Shown piece after piece: positions 34,151 to 47,334 of a stretch of 64,000 bases of DNA. Source of the DNA: Macrostomum lignano (lineage: Eukaryota); NCBI GenBank assembly GCA_002269645.1, contig NIVC01003397.1, positions 35,824 through 99,823 of the forward strand. The letters are read 5' to 3'. The notes under the pieces were generated by a model that did not search any database, was not told the DNA's origin, and was given only the letters and a program-made list of their open reading frames with translations. The first letter of the stretch is position 1. Each line of letters starts with the position of its first letter. The position numbers and the translations under genes were made by a program.

Positions 34151-35995
34151 GCCATAGACATCCGTTACTGGTATCTGCACGCTTTTCGGGTATCAGCCAT
34201 GGACATAACTTTAAAAGCGTTTGAAGTTTAAGAAGTGCCTATAAATTACACGACCTACAACTTGACCATCGACCTAAAACTTGACTATGGAGCCACCGGC
34301 TAAGCGTGTCTACTATGTAGACTACAAGAAACTGCCAGGAGAAGCCATTTCTGGATTGTCATCATCACAGATTGACATTCTCCTTCAACAGCAAACCGAG
34401 GAGCGGTTTATGAAAAAGCAAATGGACGAGCGTCTGGTCGAGCAACCGTCAAATTGAGATGGCGAGTTTGAGCTGCCCGAGGATATTGACCTGGATGGCA
34501 TGTTCGACTGCGTGCCCAGCGTTGAAGATCTCGAAAAAGCTATCAACGACCTAGAAGACAGTGTTGCGAGTAACAATACCAGACGACAGACGGATCAGTA
34601 CGTCAAAAGACTGTTGGCCTTCATGGATTCAAATCCGTCATTAAAAATTGACCTGCTGACGGCTGAGCCGGAGGATGTCAACCGTGTGCTGCGAGTGTTC
34701 TACGGCACGGCTCGTAAGCCTGACGTCGGATTTTATTCATCCGCGACGCTAATCTGCATTCGTGCGGCCATCTACCGCTACTTGATGCGTGTTAGGCAAC
34801 TGAACATTACCATCATTGAAGGCGATGCCTTCTATACTTTGAACGCGACTCTGAAGGCTATGGCTCGGAAGTTTATTTTCGAGGGCGGCCGCGCAAAGCA
34901 TTGTCAAGCTATTGAACTGGAAGACATGCAAAAGTTATCGCGCTACTTTGACAGGCAGTCTCCAACGACTCTGCTGCAAGAGGTATATTACAACATGATT
35001 TACTATTTCGGTAATCGTGGTCGCGAATGGCTGAGGAACCTGAAGGAAGACAGCTTCGTGTTTGAGACGATGTCAGATGGTGAGCAAGCAGTGCGCCTGC
35101 TGGCTGGCAAAGTCAAGAATGTTGGCAACGCACTCGGTCGGGACGCCTGTGATGCTGTGAAGGAGGCACTGATGATCGAGACTGCTGAAAACTGCCCCGT
35201 AGCGGCGCTCCGAATGTATCTAGATAAACGGCGCGAGTCTTTGCCTGGAAGTTCAGCTTCAACGTGCACTGCACCGTTTTTCTTGAAACCAAAAACGACC
35301 AGGTGGAAGAACTCGAACTGGTATTGCGCTTCGCAAGCGCTTGGTGTGAACACCCTAGCAACCATGATGACCAAGATATCGGAGGCTGCCAGTTTGAGCA
35401 AGCGCTACACGGCCCATTGTGTCCGTCCGACTGTCATCAAGGAGTTGTCTGATGCTGGTTACTCGAATGCCGATATCTGTAAAGTGACTGGTCACAAGCA
35501 GGTGAAAACAGTCGAACGGTACCTGCAATTCGGAAGTCGACGCACATCCGAGATGCGGTCCATGTGCAGCACACTGCATTCATCGCTGCATGGAGCGAAC
35601 TCATCCATGGGCGGCACAAATCGAATGGAGACGTCTATGCCAGCAGAGCGCGCTGTGGCTAACAGCGACAACCATGCCGAGCCACGACAGGTCACCTTGA
35701 CACTCAACTTTCATGGAAACGTGAGTGGGTGCACCTATAATTTGCCAAAATGACGGCACCTATTTTACATCTACTTTAAAATGGACAATACTGTGAAAGT
35801 GACGCAGACCTCTCCTAAAGTTCTTTGCAATACTGTTATTTCGTTAAATTGTTACTTAAAATATACACACTAACAAACCATGTTAAAGTTTTGCCATAGA
35901 CATCAATTATCTGCACGCTTCTTTATTATCAGCACGCTTTTTGTATAGAATGACTATAGGATTTTACCATAGACATAAGCGTTATCTACACGCTT
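34151..35995 (+). mobile_element. Candidate Crypton-type (tyrosine recombinase) DNA transposon bounded by direct repeats
   Basis: YR ORF flanked by GCCATAGACATC-N(3-9)-TATCTGCACGCTT-N6-TATCAGC at 34151-34197 and 35893-35933, with a partial third copy at ~35967-35994; no RT and no long TIR. Confidence 0.65.
34500..35753 (+). CDS. Tyrosine recombinase of the Crypton / DUF3504 (KCTD1/ZMYM-related) type, 417 aa
   Basis: SATLICIRAAIYRYL, FGNRGRE (catalytic R), CPVAALRMYL, LGVNTLATMM, YTAHCVR (HxxR), VTGHK (H) and VERY (Y nucleophile). The frame extends upstream to an ATG at 34287 across one TGA (34455-34457). Confidence 0.88.
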   Translation: MFDCVPSVEDLEKAINDLEDSVASNNTRRQTDQYVKRLLAFMDSNPSLKIDLLTAEPEDVNRVLRVFYGTARKPDVGFYSSATLICIRAAIYRYLMRVRQLNITIIEGDAFYTLNATLKAMARKFIFEGGRAKHCQAIELEDMQKLSRYFDRQSPTTLLQEVYYNMIYYFGNRGREWLRNLKEDSFVFETMSDGEQAVRLLAGKVKNVGNALGRDACDAVKEALMIETAENCPVAALRMYLDKRRESLPGSSASTCTAPFFLKPKTTRWKNSNWYCASQALGVNTLATMMTKISEAASLSKRYTAHCVRPTVIKELSDAGYSNADICKVTGHKQVKTVERYLQFGSRRTSEMRSMCSTLHSSLHGANSSMGGTNRMETSMPAERAVANSDNHAEPRQVTLTLNFHGNVSGCTYNLPK

Positions 35996-36489
35996 GAGCG
36001 TTGTACAATGTAGTCCTAAAGCCAAATAAACAAGCAAAGCAAGATACGAGCTTCGTTATTCATCAAGCACTAGAGTTGCCATCTGAGCATCACACTATCG
36101 TTCGATATTATCATTCTTGTTGCTATCTTAGCTACTTCCTCGATGCTTCTACACTTTAGAAACGCATCCAGAAATCCCGTTATTTCTGGTATATCTTCGT
36201 TTTTTGTTAAACATGTTCACCTCGTTCATCTTTTGGAGAAAATACAAATGACTAGTCGGAATACAAGAGCATAAAAGCCTTTATTCGCTAGACTTCAATT
36301 TTCTATTAATGTTTTACACACATTGCTTCACAAACAAAAAGGCCACTAAAACCATAGACACATACATTCTCAAAGCGGCTTTTAGAATTCTGCCAATATT
36401 TGCAAGTGTAACGTCCAGTGTTATTAAGTAGTCCTTGGTTTAACCACCTGGCCAAGGCCTGCCTCAGCCGTTCGAAGATCAACGCCCTA

Positions 36490-37698
36490 TAGCCCGAGCA
36501 AGACCAGCCTGCGGACCAGTCAGTCAACGAGGTGTTCTGCACGCTCAGCGGCAAGGACGATAGCGCCAAATTCCCCATCAGCATCAACGGTCAGCAGGTC
36601 CGCACACTGATCGACAGCGGAGCAAGCTGCAACGTACATGTACTGGACATGACGACGTTCCGAATTTGCCGCCGCGGCACGCCACTTGCGCCGTCCAGCA
36701 CCAGAGTCTTTGCGCTCGGCGCCAGCGAGCCGCTGGAGGCAGCCGGTCAAACGATGCTCACCGTCAGGGCGAACCACCGCGAACTGCAGGCGAACTACAT
36801 TGTCATCCGGAGCAGCTGCACCCCAATCCTCGGCAGAGCGTCCAACACGAAGATCGGTATGCTGAGAGTCGGCCCAGAGGCCTGCACGAACTCGGCGGTG
36901 GTGGCCAGCCTGGCCAAACCAGCGAGATGCGAGGATCAGCATGCACCTGCCCAATCAGCTGTAGCTTGAGAGCATCCTGGCGGACTTCAGCGTCCGCTTT
37001 CAGGGCATTGGATGCGTGAAGGGCGTCACCATCACAATCAAGCTGAGATCAGATGCCAACCCAGTCTGCCAACCACCATCCCAAGTGCAAGTGCACCTCA
37101 GGGCTGCCGTCATCAAAGAGCTGGAAGAGCAGCTTGCACTGGGAATCATCGAGCAGGTGGGGTGCACGAGCCAACAGCCTGGTGCTCCAAGATGGTCGCA
37201 GTCCCGAAGGCCGAGCAGGGAGAGGTGCGCATCACTCAGGACCTCCGCGAGGTGAACAAGTACGTCATCCCGGAGAAGCAGCCGATCCCCACATTCGAAG
37301 ATGTAACCGACGAAACGGCCGGATCGACATATTTCTCGGAGCTGGATGTCGCCAAAGCGTTCCACCAAATTGAAGTCGCCGAGGAGTCCAGGGATCTGCT
37401 GACGTTCTCCACGCTCATCGGGCTCCTGCGGTTGCGCCGGCTCTCCATGGGCTACACATCCGCCTCCGAGATCCTCCAGTGGGTGAGGACCTCCGTCCTC
37501 AGCGGCCTGCCCGGCGTCCGCTGGGTGCACGATGACATCCTGGTGTACGCGAAGAACATTGAGGAGCACAACCAGCGCCTGCGAGACTGCCTGGCCCGGC
37601 TGAAGGCCAGCAACATAACGCTGAACCCCATAAAGTGCCGTTTCGCTCAGCGAGAGGTCGATGCGGCTGTCGGCAGTCGGCATTCACCCCAGCACTGA
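36490..37698 (+). mobile_element. Truncated GC-rich Ty3/gypsy pol fragment (protease plus RT)
   Basis: LIDSGASCNV protease motif; VRITQDLREVNK, FSELDVAKAFHQI, WVHDDILV and LNPIKCRF; frameshifted; no LTRs seen. Confidence 0.85.
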
Positions 37699-39414
37699 GA
37701 AAGAAGCGGCCATCAACAGTTTCAAGCGGCCACTCTGGCCAGTGCTAGCTTGTACATTATTGTATTAGCAAGTACATGTCGCTACTCAACTTATGTACGT
37801 AAGGCACGCGGCTCTTGTGCACGTTGCAATCAGATCGCTTCCAAATCTATAAATATTGTCTCACCCTACTTGGAGGGTTAAGACTTTTTTCTCGCACGCC
37901 AAAAACACTGCCTGACTCCTGAGTCATTACACAGTTTTCGTGCCTTGTCCACTTTTGGATAGGCATCCGATTGCAGCACAAATTCTGACTTATCCTTCTT
38001 TATTCATCATCCGAAGCCATCTTTCGCCACCGCTGCATAAATTGCGAGCATGTGCTCAGAATATTTCCAAAAGAAAAGTTTGCACATGGAGGAAAGAATA
38101 GAATGGAGTGCTAATCTGAGCCAGTTATTTTTGTCTCGCGCGATCTTCACTTTTAGCATACCAACTATCCCCGTTCGTTCCTATTGGCTCGTGACAAAGT
38201 CGTTTTCGTTCCCCTCTGAAAGGTATGTCCCAGCTTAGTACGAGCTCACATAAAAATATGCTTTCAGCCATGTACAGCGGCACCCCCCGGCACGTCTAAC
38301 ACAACTTACTTACAGTGACAATTGCATTGTCCCAATATCATCGTGCTGGGGAGCACGGACGAGGTCGAGTCGGACTTTTAATTTCTAACGGAATAGTCCT
38401 GCGTCAAGTTGAAAGGTTTGGCACTGATAGGCCCTTAGGAATCAATCTATAAACAATCAATCCTGAGCAGTGGAAAATTTATTTGCTGCAGCATCCTGCT
38501 GCAGCATCCTGCTGCAGCATCCTGTTGCTGCTGCAGCATTTATTATAAGTATTAATGAGTCTCTTATATTTAAATATTCATTATGTTTATATCACTGCAA
38601 ACACACTACAGAGGCTCCGTCGGATTCTCTGGAATAAAAACAATGAAAGGCTATAAAATTACGAGTTTTTATTCTAAATAGGTATACGAGCTAATTAGTA
38701 AAAATTATTAAAAGGCACTCGCTAATGAAGTGGGAAAAAGATATCGCAAGCTATTTTATTGTTTTAGACAATGATTTCTTAGTGATCTATACGCAGATTA
38801 ATATAATGAGAGAAAGATAAAAGAATTTACTAGGGTGAAAAATTAAAAACTGTGGCACTTATAACGAATTTATTAAAAAGTTTAAATATATACTTAACAG
38901 CAGTTAAAAATGCCACCTCACTGCGCGACGCGACATTTTCGCACTGGACATCGCTTTAGAAATCTATATGGCCAGTTTAAAATAGCGAATAGTTTAAGAA
39001 AACATTGCGATTTTTTCCTGATTGATGGCGTAGTTGCGTAATTAACTTGGATTGAATTTTGAATGATAAGTTGAATGATAACTCTGACTACGCACGATAT
39101 GCTCGGGTGGCTCTTTTGATTGTTGTTGAGCATAGCTAGTGACAAAGTAAATAACTTTGGTCAATTTCAGAATATGTAAAACTGAAAAGCCACATCGATG
39201 TTTCGGAAGCACAAAAAATCAAAATATTCATTTTTGACAGCAAAATTCTTAATTTCTTCTTAATTTCAGAATTCTTAATTCTTAATAATGAAGATGTTTC
39301 TTCATAACATCGTCACGTGCTATATACTCGTAGTGAGTAAAATTCAGGATAGTGGTGCAAAGGCCTGAAATCCTGAATCGTTTTGTGTTAAGACAGTTGA
39401 AATTACGGTATGTA

Positions 39415-42400
39415 TTATCCAATGCTCAATTTCGCTTGCACCTCCGATCGCTTGCTTTCAGGAAACTCCTGCAGAACTTCATATAGAAGGCAAGGCAGAT
39501 CCGTACTGATTTTGATACTTCCTACAGCCGAGTTTTCTGACAGCACTAAAAGGGAGTCGATTGGAAGGTGCATGTATAGTTTTATCACGTATAGTTTTAT
39601 GTATCAGCTTTATGTTTTAGTTTTATATATAGTTTTATGTACTAGTTTTTAAAGCATTTTAAACATCAAAATCTGGTTGGCCAGATGATAGACGCGATAG
39701 AGACATTTGATGACTCGTGCGAGGTTCTTGCATGCAGTGCGACTGGGAACGAGCCCAAAATTCAAATTTATTTCTATAAAGCCAAAACGTTGCCTCCTCC
39801 GCCTGTTTTTAACTTACGTACTTTTGATCGCAGCAATAGCTTGTAATTCAGCACTTAGACAGAATTATGGGGTTTTATTAATTATCTACGAGTAATTTAC
39901 CTATACCTCTTACCTCTTTTATTCCCCTTATTAAGTAATAAAGGTTTCTTTAGCTTTAGCTTCGAGTACTCCGAAAATTTTCTGATTGCATCATGATATG
40001 CATAGAGCGCAATTGCCTAAAAGTGTAATTACTGCGCTCAGAACCTTGCTTTGGCACATAACAGAGGCAATTTTCGGCGAGCCTGGAGGGCATTTCATAG
40101 CAAAATAAGCGCCAGTTACCTTAGCAGGCAAGAGTGTTGGTCTCGAGTCAAAAGCCTGTTTCATCTGCTCAGATTTTTAAAGGACACAGGCAGATCTTTC
40201 AAAAATAAATAAAACAGAAAGTGGCACTCACATGGAAACGAAGTCTCATTGAGTTCCTGCCCTCTGACTGTCAGCTCAGCCAATGGCACCGTGGCCTGGG
40301 CCAGGTCGAGAAAGAATTCGCTCTCCTCATCTTTGGACTCGCAGACCACCGAGAACCGCAGCTCTACTTGTCCCTGTAGTAAAATTGTTGCCAGCTGCAG
40401 TCTTCTGTTGTACTCATTCTCGTAGCTGAAGTCAAATCTCTGTAAATTATAGTTTAGTACAGTTTTACATTCAGCACATTGGAAACTGTACACTATATAG
40501 AATTTATTCATTTTAGAACACTATTTTATAACACTATTTTAGAACACTACTTATTCATTTTTTATTCATTAAGTTAGGTTATTTGAGACCAGTAGTTAAA
40601 ATATTATGGAGTTAAATAAAGAAGCGCTGTGGGTGTCTCAACACCACCATTGTACCTCTACCGGGTATGTCCCAATTTGACTATCTAGAGCGTTTTAAAT
40701 CCTAGAGTAGTTTATAAAAATCTGTTACTGTACCTTTTGTGCGGAATCCGAGATGACCACGACATACAAATATTCGCATATAAATTACCGTTTAAATCGA
40801 TAAAAAATATTTCGAATAATCAATGATATTTCGTATATAGACAGTTATGTTTTGTAAACCATTGTTCCTTGAAGTTTAAGCACGTACGCGTTAAAAAATG
40901 CTTAATAAATGCTTATACGAGCGTAATACGCGTACCAAATACGTAAGATAAGTTAGGTATAATTTGCATCCCAGCTGCAAGCCAGTACCTTCTGAAAGTT
41001 GAACATCAAATCGAAGTCCTTCGATCGCGACTTCCCGGGCCGTGGAGTCGGCAGTGACAGTGGCGTCTCAGTTTCCTCCATGTCATAGCCAGGCAGGTCA
41101 AAGGACACGTAGCAGCGGGTCGCATCCAGATCCGGATTGTGCAGCTGCTTGCACTGTTCGTCCAGGTGAACCTGAAATATCTGAACTGAGCAGCTGTCCA
41201 CTGCTCGCCCGCCAGTCACAGCCTCAACGACTACGTCATCCGACTCGTGTTCTGATTCGAACTCGCCGTCATAACTTTGTTCTGTCTCTCTCTGTGCCTC
41301 TTGCTGCCTCTGTTCTTCTTTGTGAAGCTTTGCTTTTAGACGGGGAGACTCTGGCGCTGAAATTCGGGGTGACATTTATAAAATACATATGGAACACAGT
41401 AGAACAAACCCGTCAGACTCTGTTAAATGAATGTGACTGTTGACCAAGCATGTTCATACAATCCCAACTGACAATGGCCTTAAGCCCTTACATCTATTCT
41501 ATTCCCATATCTTTCAGTAGTCTTGTCATTTCTTTAGTGGGCCCTTGCAATACCCTCCCTCTAAGCACCCGCAACACAGAAATTCCTAACCCTAACTTTT
41601 CCTCGACAAAAATAACCGCCTTGTCGAATTTTCTCGCAATAGAATCATGAAATCTACTAGAACTAGAAGGTCCCATAGTATCCAGCATCTGTATCATTTC
41701 TTCGTCTCACTTTTCTCATCGAAACAATCGAGCTAGATTTTATGTCATGCCACATAAAGATGGAGTCTAAGGTCAACATTTCAGAGCCGGTTTTTACTGG
41801 CTCTGTAATCAATTTTAGCTGACCGGGGCCTTTGCCTCTGCCCGGCCCGGTGGGTGGGGTGGCTATGTGGTGTGCGTCGTGTGTGTTGAGGGGAAGAGGG
41901 TGGGTTGCTCAGGTATTTCTTTCTTAGGCTCTAATTTTTGTGGATAAAAATATATTGATCTTCGCTTGATCTCCGTGCGTGCCTGTCAAGGACTATGTCA
42001 ACGACCTGTCGGGCCTAGCAGACGAGCTGTTTACCCGGGACAGCTCAGATGGACTGGTGCTCAAGAAGTCGACTAAACTGGATGGCATGTCAGTCGGGCA
42101 GCAGCTGTCTGGCAACATGAGCTTGGTTTCCGTGACGATTTCGAATGGAATGAGACGTGAGCGTGAAGAATGCAGATGGATAATAAGAGGATTGAGCCAG
42201 TACCAAGTCAGATTACATGCACTATTTTGGAAGAATTTCGACCTAAAGTGGCCCCTTTTATTCGATTTATTTTTAGGGAATAATAAAAATAGAGTGGATA
42301 AAATCATGGATGCCGTGAAAATTTTTGTTTTAAAAGCCACGTCACAACTACTACTCACTATAGAAGAAACCGACCAGTAGCTTAAGAATTAGGTGAAGAA

Positions 42401-45400
42401 ATAGATAAGTTTAAAGGAATTTTTCAGCATAAATATTGAGCCGTGTGTCTGCATTGGAGTTTTGCAGTTATTATCTTGCTTTATAAGCTATACCAACAGT
42501 ATTCAATATAGTTTTATTTAACTTTATAGCTTTTGCGATAATTTCGGCAAGTTTTACGAAACTGAATTGTTGCTAAAAGATTTAAAACGTCAAACAAACG
42601 TCAAAAAATCGCTACTAACCAGCTTTGCTAAAATTGTTCTCGAAAGTCCTGGGCTCCGTGTTTTCCAGCTTCTGTTCCAAGTTGGACTGCGACAGGCTTG
42701 GTTGATCGATATTGACGGGTTTAGGCTGGAAATTCGAAGGGCATTCAATATAAGATTGGCACATCTGGCATTAAGCTGAGTCTGTCTAAAGCTTTTGCGC
42801 AGTTGCACAGTCAAACTTCAATTTCCAATGAAGTGGATTAAATTCTTAACCAGAAGTTATGTCAGATAACTGACGAGTCCAATGAATATAAACAGCATGA
42901 CTAACAGTTAGCTACAAGCTTAGGGTGAACGTTTTAAAGCCATCTTAGTCCAGGGTCGATCTTACGAGCGTAGCGCTTTTTAATTTTAAACCATTTTTTC
43001 TATCGGGATATGAGTTTTAGTGGCCATGACAGGACATGAAAATAGTTTTAAATCCAACTGGAAATAACTGAATGCCAATAATAAATGATAGTAATACCTA
43101 TGTTTAAAAAACAATATTCAATGAGGGTCGCACGCAAACGTGCAGCTTCTAAAATTCTATTAGGAGTGCTCAGCTTGCGGCCTCACCACCACATTGTCTG
43201 TCGATCTTTGTTATCATCCTGCAGATCCAGACTCTACTGTAGAACCCAGAAGCTTCCTACAGAAGCCTGTAGAACTGCTCATCAACACCCAGTTTAATTT
43301 GTGTAGAATTTCATATTCTTGAGCGTAGACTAACGAAAATGCAAAATTACGCTCGAAAAGTAGTAGGGCCATTATTAGTGAAATCTTTCATTAACTATGG
43401 ACTCAGGCGACGTGCAGAGAACGATTAGGAAGCTGATTAAAGCGGAAATCGCCAGCCACGCGGCAACCCACCTCTAAACATTCCTCTTCAGCCACTGCCG
43501 AGTCCGCTCTGTTGTTGCTTTGCAATCTTTGCTGCCGTGGCTCCGTAAACGACCGCTGCTCACGTAGCTGAACAGTAGTCTGTTGTGACCGGTGTGGCCC
43601 GGCGGACTCGAGTTCTGCACCTTGGACTCTGCACAATATTATTAGGTAGACAAAATTAAATGTGCTGCTGCAACAATTGCAAGCCCCAAGGCAGTCTGCG
43701 ATACCCGCTTGCGACCCTCGACAGTTTAAGGCTCGTTCACACCGCCATTAAACAAACCATCAAATCACAAATTGATTTACAAAGCGACCAAAAAGTATTA
43801 TAAGCTGTGCAATCACGCTAAAATTGTCTTCATCTGATGGCGGTGTGAACGCGAGTTTTTAGACTCATACTGAATAAGTTTAGACTGCGTTGAGAAGAAG
43901 TTCTAGATAATAAGGATAACGTATCAAAATTGAAAACGATCTTCATCCTAAGAAAAACGACCCATTTAAATTTGATAGCTCGTAGCTCTCCAGAAAATCA
44001 ATCAAAGCATGCAATCCAAAAACCCATAGTAGCTCCTCCAAGCACCAAAAATAGCTCGTAGTTCAGCTGCACTAGAGGCCGGCTAGAGCCAATCACATCT
44101 GCCCGAACCGACCTATTTGTACCAATCCTTAGGTTGAATACGCCAAGGAGGGACGAGATTGTCATTGTCTTGTTTGGGCCATACGTCGGTAAAGTGCATG
44201 CCATAAGTGTTTAATTTTTACCATCTCGCACTTATTCGTCCTAACTTGATAGCATACCCATTAATTTGACCATATATATTGCACCACCAGTCAAGTCGTT
44301 CTTTTTTCTTACTTGGCCTTGTCAGATATAGGTGAGCTGCCGAAATGTTTTTGGGTCGTTCAGATCATTTTTATCTCTGGTTTGTACCTCTGGTGCTAAT
44401 TCTACCCAGAAGAGTAGTTTGAAAACTTCTTGTTCTGGTGACCCATTAAGATGCCATTCAACACAGTTTTGAAAAATCGTCTACGATTTAAAAAAGCATT
44501 AACGCCTGAATATTCTTTATTTAACACCGAGTTGCAAACAGGATAAATTTTGTTTATCAACTTATCGTGGGAAGCTAGGATTATTCCAGGTATTCAGTTG
44601 TGCGTACTTTAATAACTCAATTTCAAGGTCACCTAGCTTAAAAACAAAATAACTCACTGGAAATCACTATGAATGCTGTGAAAATTATTCAGTAAAATCT
44701 CAAGCTATACACAAAATATTGATTTTTGCTTACCCATTCAGCTGGTCAGCTTCCTCTGCGAGTAGTGGCAGAGGCTCCGACTGTCCGTTCCAACCCCCAG
44801 TCGGTGCATACGGCAAGTGCCAGGAAATCTCCACGTCAACGGTGCCGCTTGGCCGTCCATTGGGATCAAGTAGCTGGTAAGTCCCATGAAGCATCTTGTT
44901 TTGGCTCAGGCCCACAAGGTCCACCTTGGCAACGCCGAGATAAGCGCTCTCATTTGGGTCGGCCTCGTCAATAACCCAGACAGCGAGCTGTGCAGTGCGC
45001 AAGTATTTGTCCAGAGCTGGTCCCGGCGGCAACTCCAAGCGCTGATGGAAGTGAAACTCGGGCTCGCATGAGTTTGGAATGGCTGGTGACAGCGCATCCT
45101 CGCAGCTAAAGAACTTGTAAGAGCAATAAGGACTTGGCTGTACACCAGGTCGTCTTGCTTTCAGATCTCGACAGCGAACCACTTTCACATCGAGCAGATG
45201 TGCACCTCCAGCTTCCCGTCGCTGGTCAGCAGACGTATCTAGAGCCCGGAGACCATCGGCAGCGGCCTGCTGATTGGCTGACATGTAGCCAAGCGCCTTT
45301 GCCCGCTCTCTGTACAGCCGCATGGCCTGCTCCATTGGCACCCTCATACGCATCCGGTATTCCACAACTCCTACGGAATTGCCGGTCTCAGACAGAAGGG

Positions 45401-46199
45401 TTGCCTGTCCAAGCACAGGAACTGTGGGCTGTGACTCGAGCAGCTCACGCACTGATATTCTGCACGCTGCTATCGATTTGTATTCCATTCCGTGAGCCTG
45501 AAAGAGCTCCAGCTTCATTTTTTCTTTATTCACGTAATGTAGAAACGAGTCATCGACCTTAACAACATACTGAACTGTCTTGTCAAAGTCAGGATCGTTG
45601 CTTTGAATTACCTCAGTGGTTTGCATTTCGCAAGTGTAAAAAGCCCAGGTGCAAAATAATGCTGGCTCTGGGTCCCCCAGAAGCTGCAAACCCTCCTCTG
45701 TCAGCAATAGGTGACCAATGTGAATCTCCACCAGGTTTTCTCCGCTCTGCAGGCGAACTTGAGATGTCTCAGCTTCCTCCGCCTCATTTAGACTGGAAGT
45801 AGCGATAGAAAACTGTCGCGTGCCGTAGGCGACGTCTCGAAGCTGCCGCTCTAGCTTCCGGATCCTTGCAGCTCGGATGTCAAGCAACTTGCTGCACTCA
45901 GCCATCTTGGAATCTCTGTCTACTTTAATTTCTTCAATCTGGCGCTCCGTTAGACTGTAGCTTTCCTTTATATCTAGGTTTATACGATACTGCGCCTCCA
46001 AAAGTTGTCGCGTCTTCTCTAGCTCCTGGATCGTGTCTGCATGCGCAGCCTCCACCTCCCGTAGTTGCCTCTTGGGTGAATCCTCTACCGAGCCCGTTTG
46101 GTGCAGAAAGTCTGGTTGGGTTGCTGGCTCGTTACCCTGTCGACGCTGCTTTACGATCAGAAGCGCTTCCTCCATCTCGTTCGCATCTCCTGCACTTTC
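39415..46199 (-). CDS. RPGRIP1L: 3' portion of an RPGRIP1L/RPGRIP1 (fantom, MKS5) family ciliary transition-zone protein: coiled coil, C2-C2, linker and C-terminal C2
   Basis: Phase-compatible GT-AG exons 46199-44734, 43628-43472, 42725-42620, 41356-40989, 40439-40232 and 39545-39415 (TAA). Motifs LLDIRAARIRKLERQLRDVAYGT, GENLVEIHI, EPALFCTWAFY, ETPLSLPTP and LRFSVVCE. The N-terminal exons are not in the window. RPGRIP1L versus RPGRIP1 cannot be separated by eye. Confidence 0.88.
43730..43855. mobile_element. Small MITE-like inverted-repeat element
   Basis: CGTTCACACCGCCAT / ATGGCGGTGTGAACG inverted pair; a related partial copy lies near 9226-9322. Confidence 0.4.
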
Positions 46200-46862
46200 C
46201 TGAAAGTTGATGTGCAAGGATGGTTTGCAAGCACTTTAATCAACTCATCCGACCCTAAAATTTGGAAAAACCTAAACTTACTTCGCAGAATTTGAATTTC
46301 CCACTCAATTTGGTCCTGCTAACAGTCAACTTAGTCCTGAATGTTAAAACTACACAAAGTCTGAGGGTCTTTGAGGTTCTATGTCCAATGCTGTCTAATC
46401 GTTCCAATCGATTTGATCCCGCGAGCAGTCAATTTCGCAAAAGCCGTTTAAAATATATGTTCATCAGTCGTCCCGCATCTATCATTTAAAAAAACAATGC
46501 AACACAAGGCAAGACCGCAAGACAAAACAAGACAAGACCCAGCGAGACAACTTAGTGAGGAACAGCGAACAGAGGAGAAGCCTTCGAGCTTCGAAAAAGC
46601 CTCTTCTACTTATTAAATGAAAAAAATAGCAAAAAAATTCTTCTGTTGGCAGCTTGGCTTATCTATATTACGAACAACTTCATTTTGTGCGTGGCCTCAT
46701 GAGGTAAAAAGTGGAAAACTCGTTTCCAGTCCCAGATGCTAATTAAAGAGTTCGATCTGTGGGCCGCGTGCGCTTTTTCCCTTTATAACTACACCATAAA
46801 GTGCATGTTGACTGTTGGACGTCACTTTGACGATAGTGAATCGGAGTTTCAATAGGTCTGGA

Positions 46863-47334
46863 CCATAGACTGTTGATATGAAGTGGACTTTGTCAAAAGT
46901 GGAAGTGAAGTCATGTGCCTATCTTATTTTAGACATGTGCCTATCTCTGTAGTGCAATTTCGTTTTCCAACATTTCAGTTTGCTTTGGTGCAGAACATTT
47001 CTGGCATACTGACGTGGAATGTTTAGCTGTCTCGCTAGTTGCTGCCAATCGGCATTGTCAATAAAGACGTCGATGAGTCTTCGCTGGTCCTGCTCAGAGA
47101 TAGTGACTCTGTGAATGCCTGCAGCTGCCGCCATGATGGCTAAATGGAATTCACTTTGACTAAAATCAAGTCATGGAAGGTTTTAAATCCGTGGCACTTG
47201 ACTAAATCGATTTCATTTCTTTACTATAGTCTATGGTAAACCTCGAGTGCTGACTAAATCAAACTCACTTTTCTAGGACTGAGCTGGCCAAAGACTAAAT
47301 AAACTTCATTTATGTCCAAAAAGTTGTTAAAAGC
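46863..47334 (-). mobile_element. Truncated relative of the DD30E Tc1-like element
   Basis: ORF 47134-46919 (RVTISEQDQRRLIDVFIDNADWQQLARQLNIPRQYARNV) matches the N-terminus of the 18012-19079 transposase; TIR-like end ...ACTAAATAAACTTCATTTATGTCC...GTTAAAAGC|TA. Confidence 0.78.

Noticed and set aside
38486-38537. (TGCTGCAGCATCC)n short repeat
   Set aside because: Only three or four copies of a simple repeat; no further structure.
41450-42380. ORFs 41494-41697 (-), 41979-42380 (+) and 41993-42358 (-) as extra RPGRIP1L exons or a nested gene
   Set aside because: The RPGRIP1L exon chain closes in phase without them and no motif was recognised; possibly transposon debris.
42868-42895. CTGACGAGTCC hammerhead-like start
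   Set aside because: No complementary GGAC-GAAA follows.
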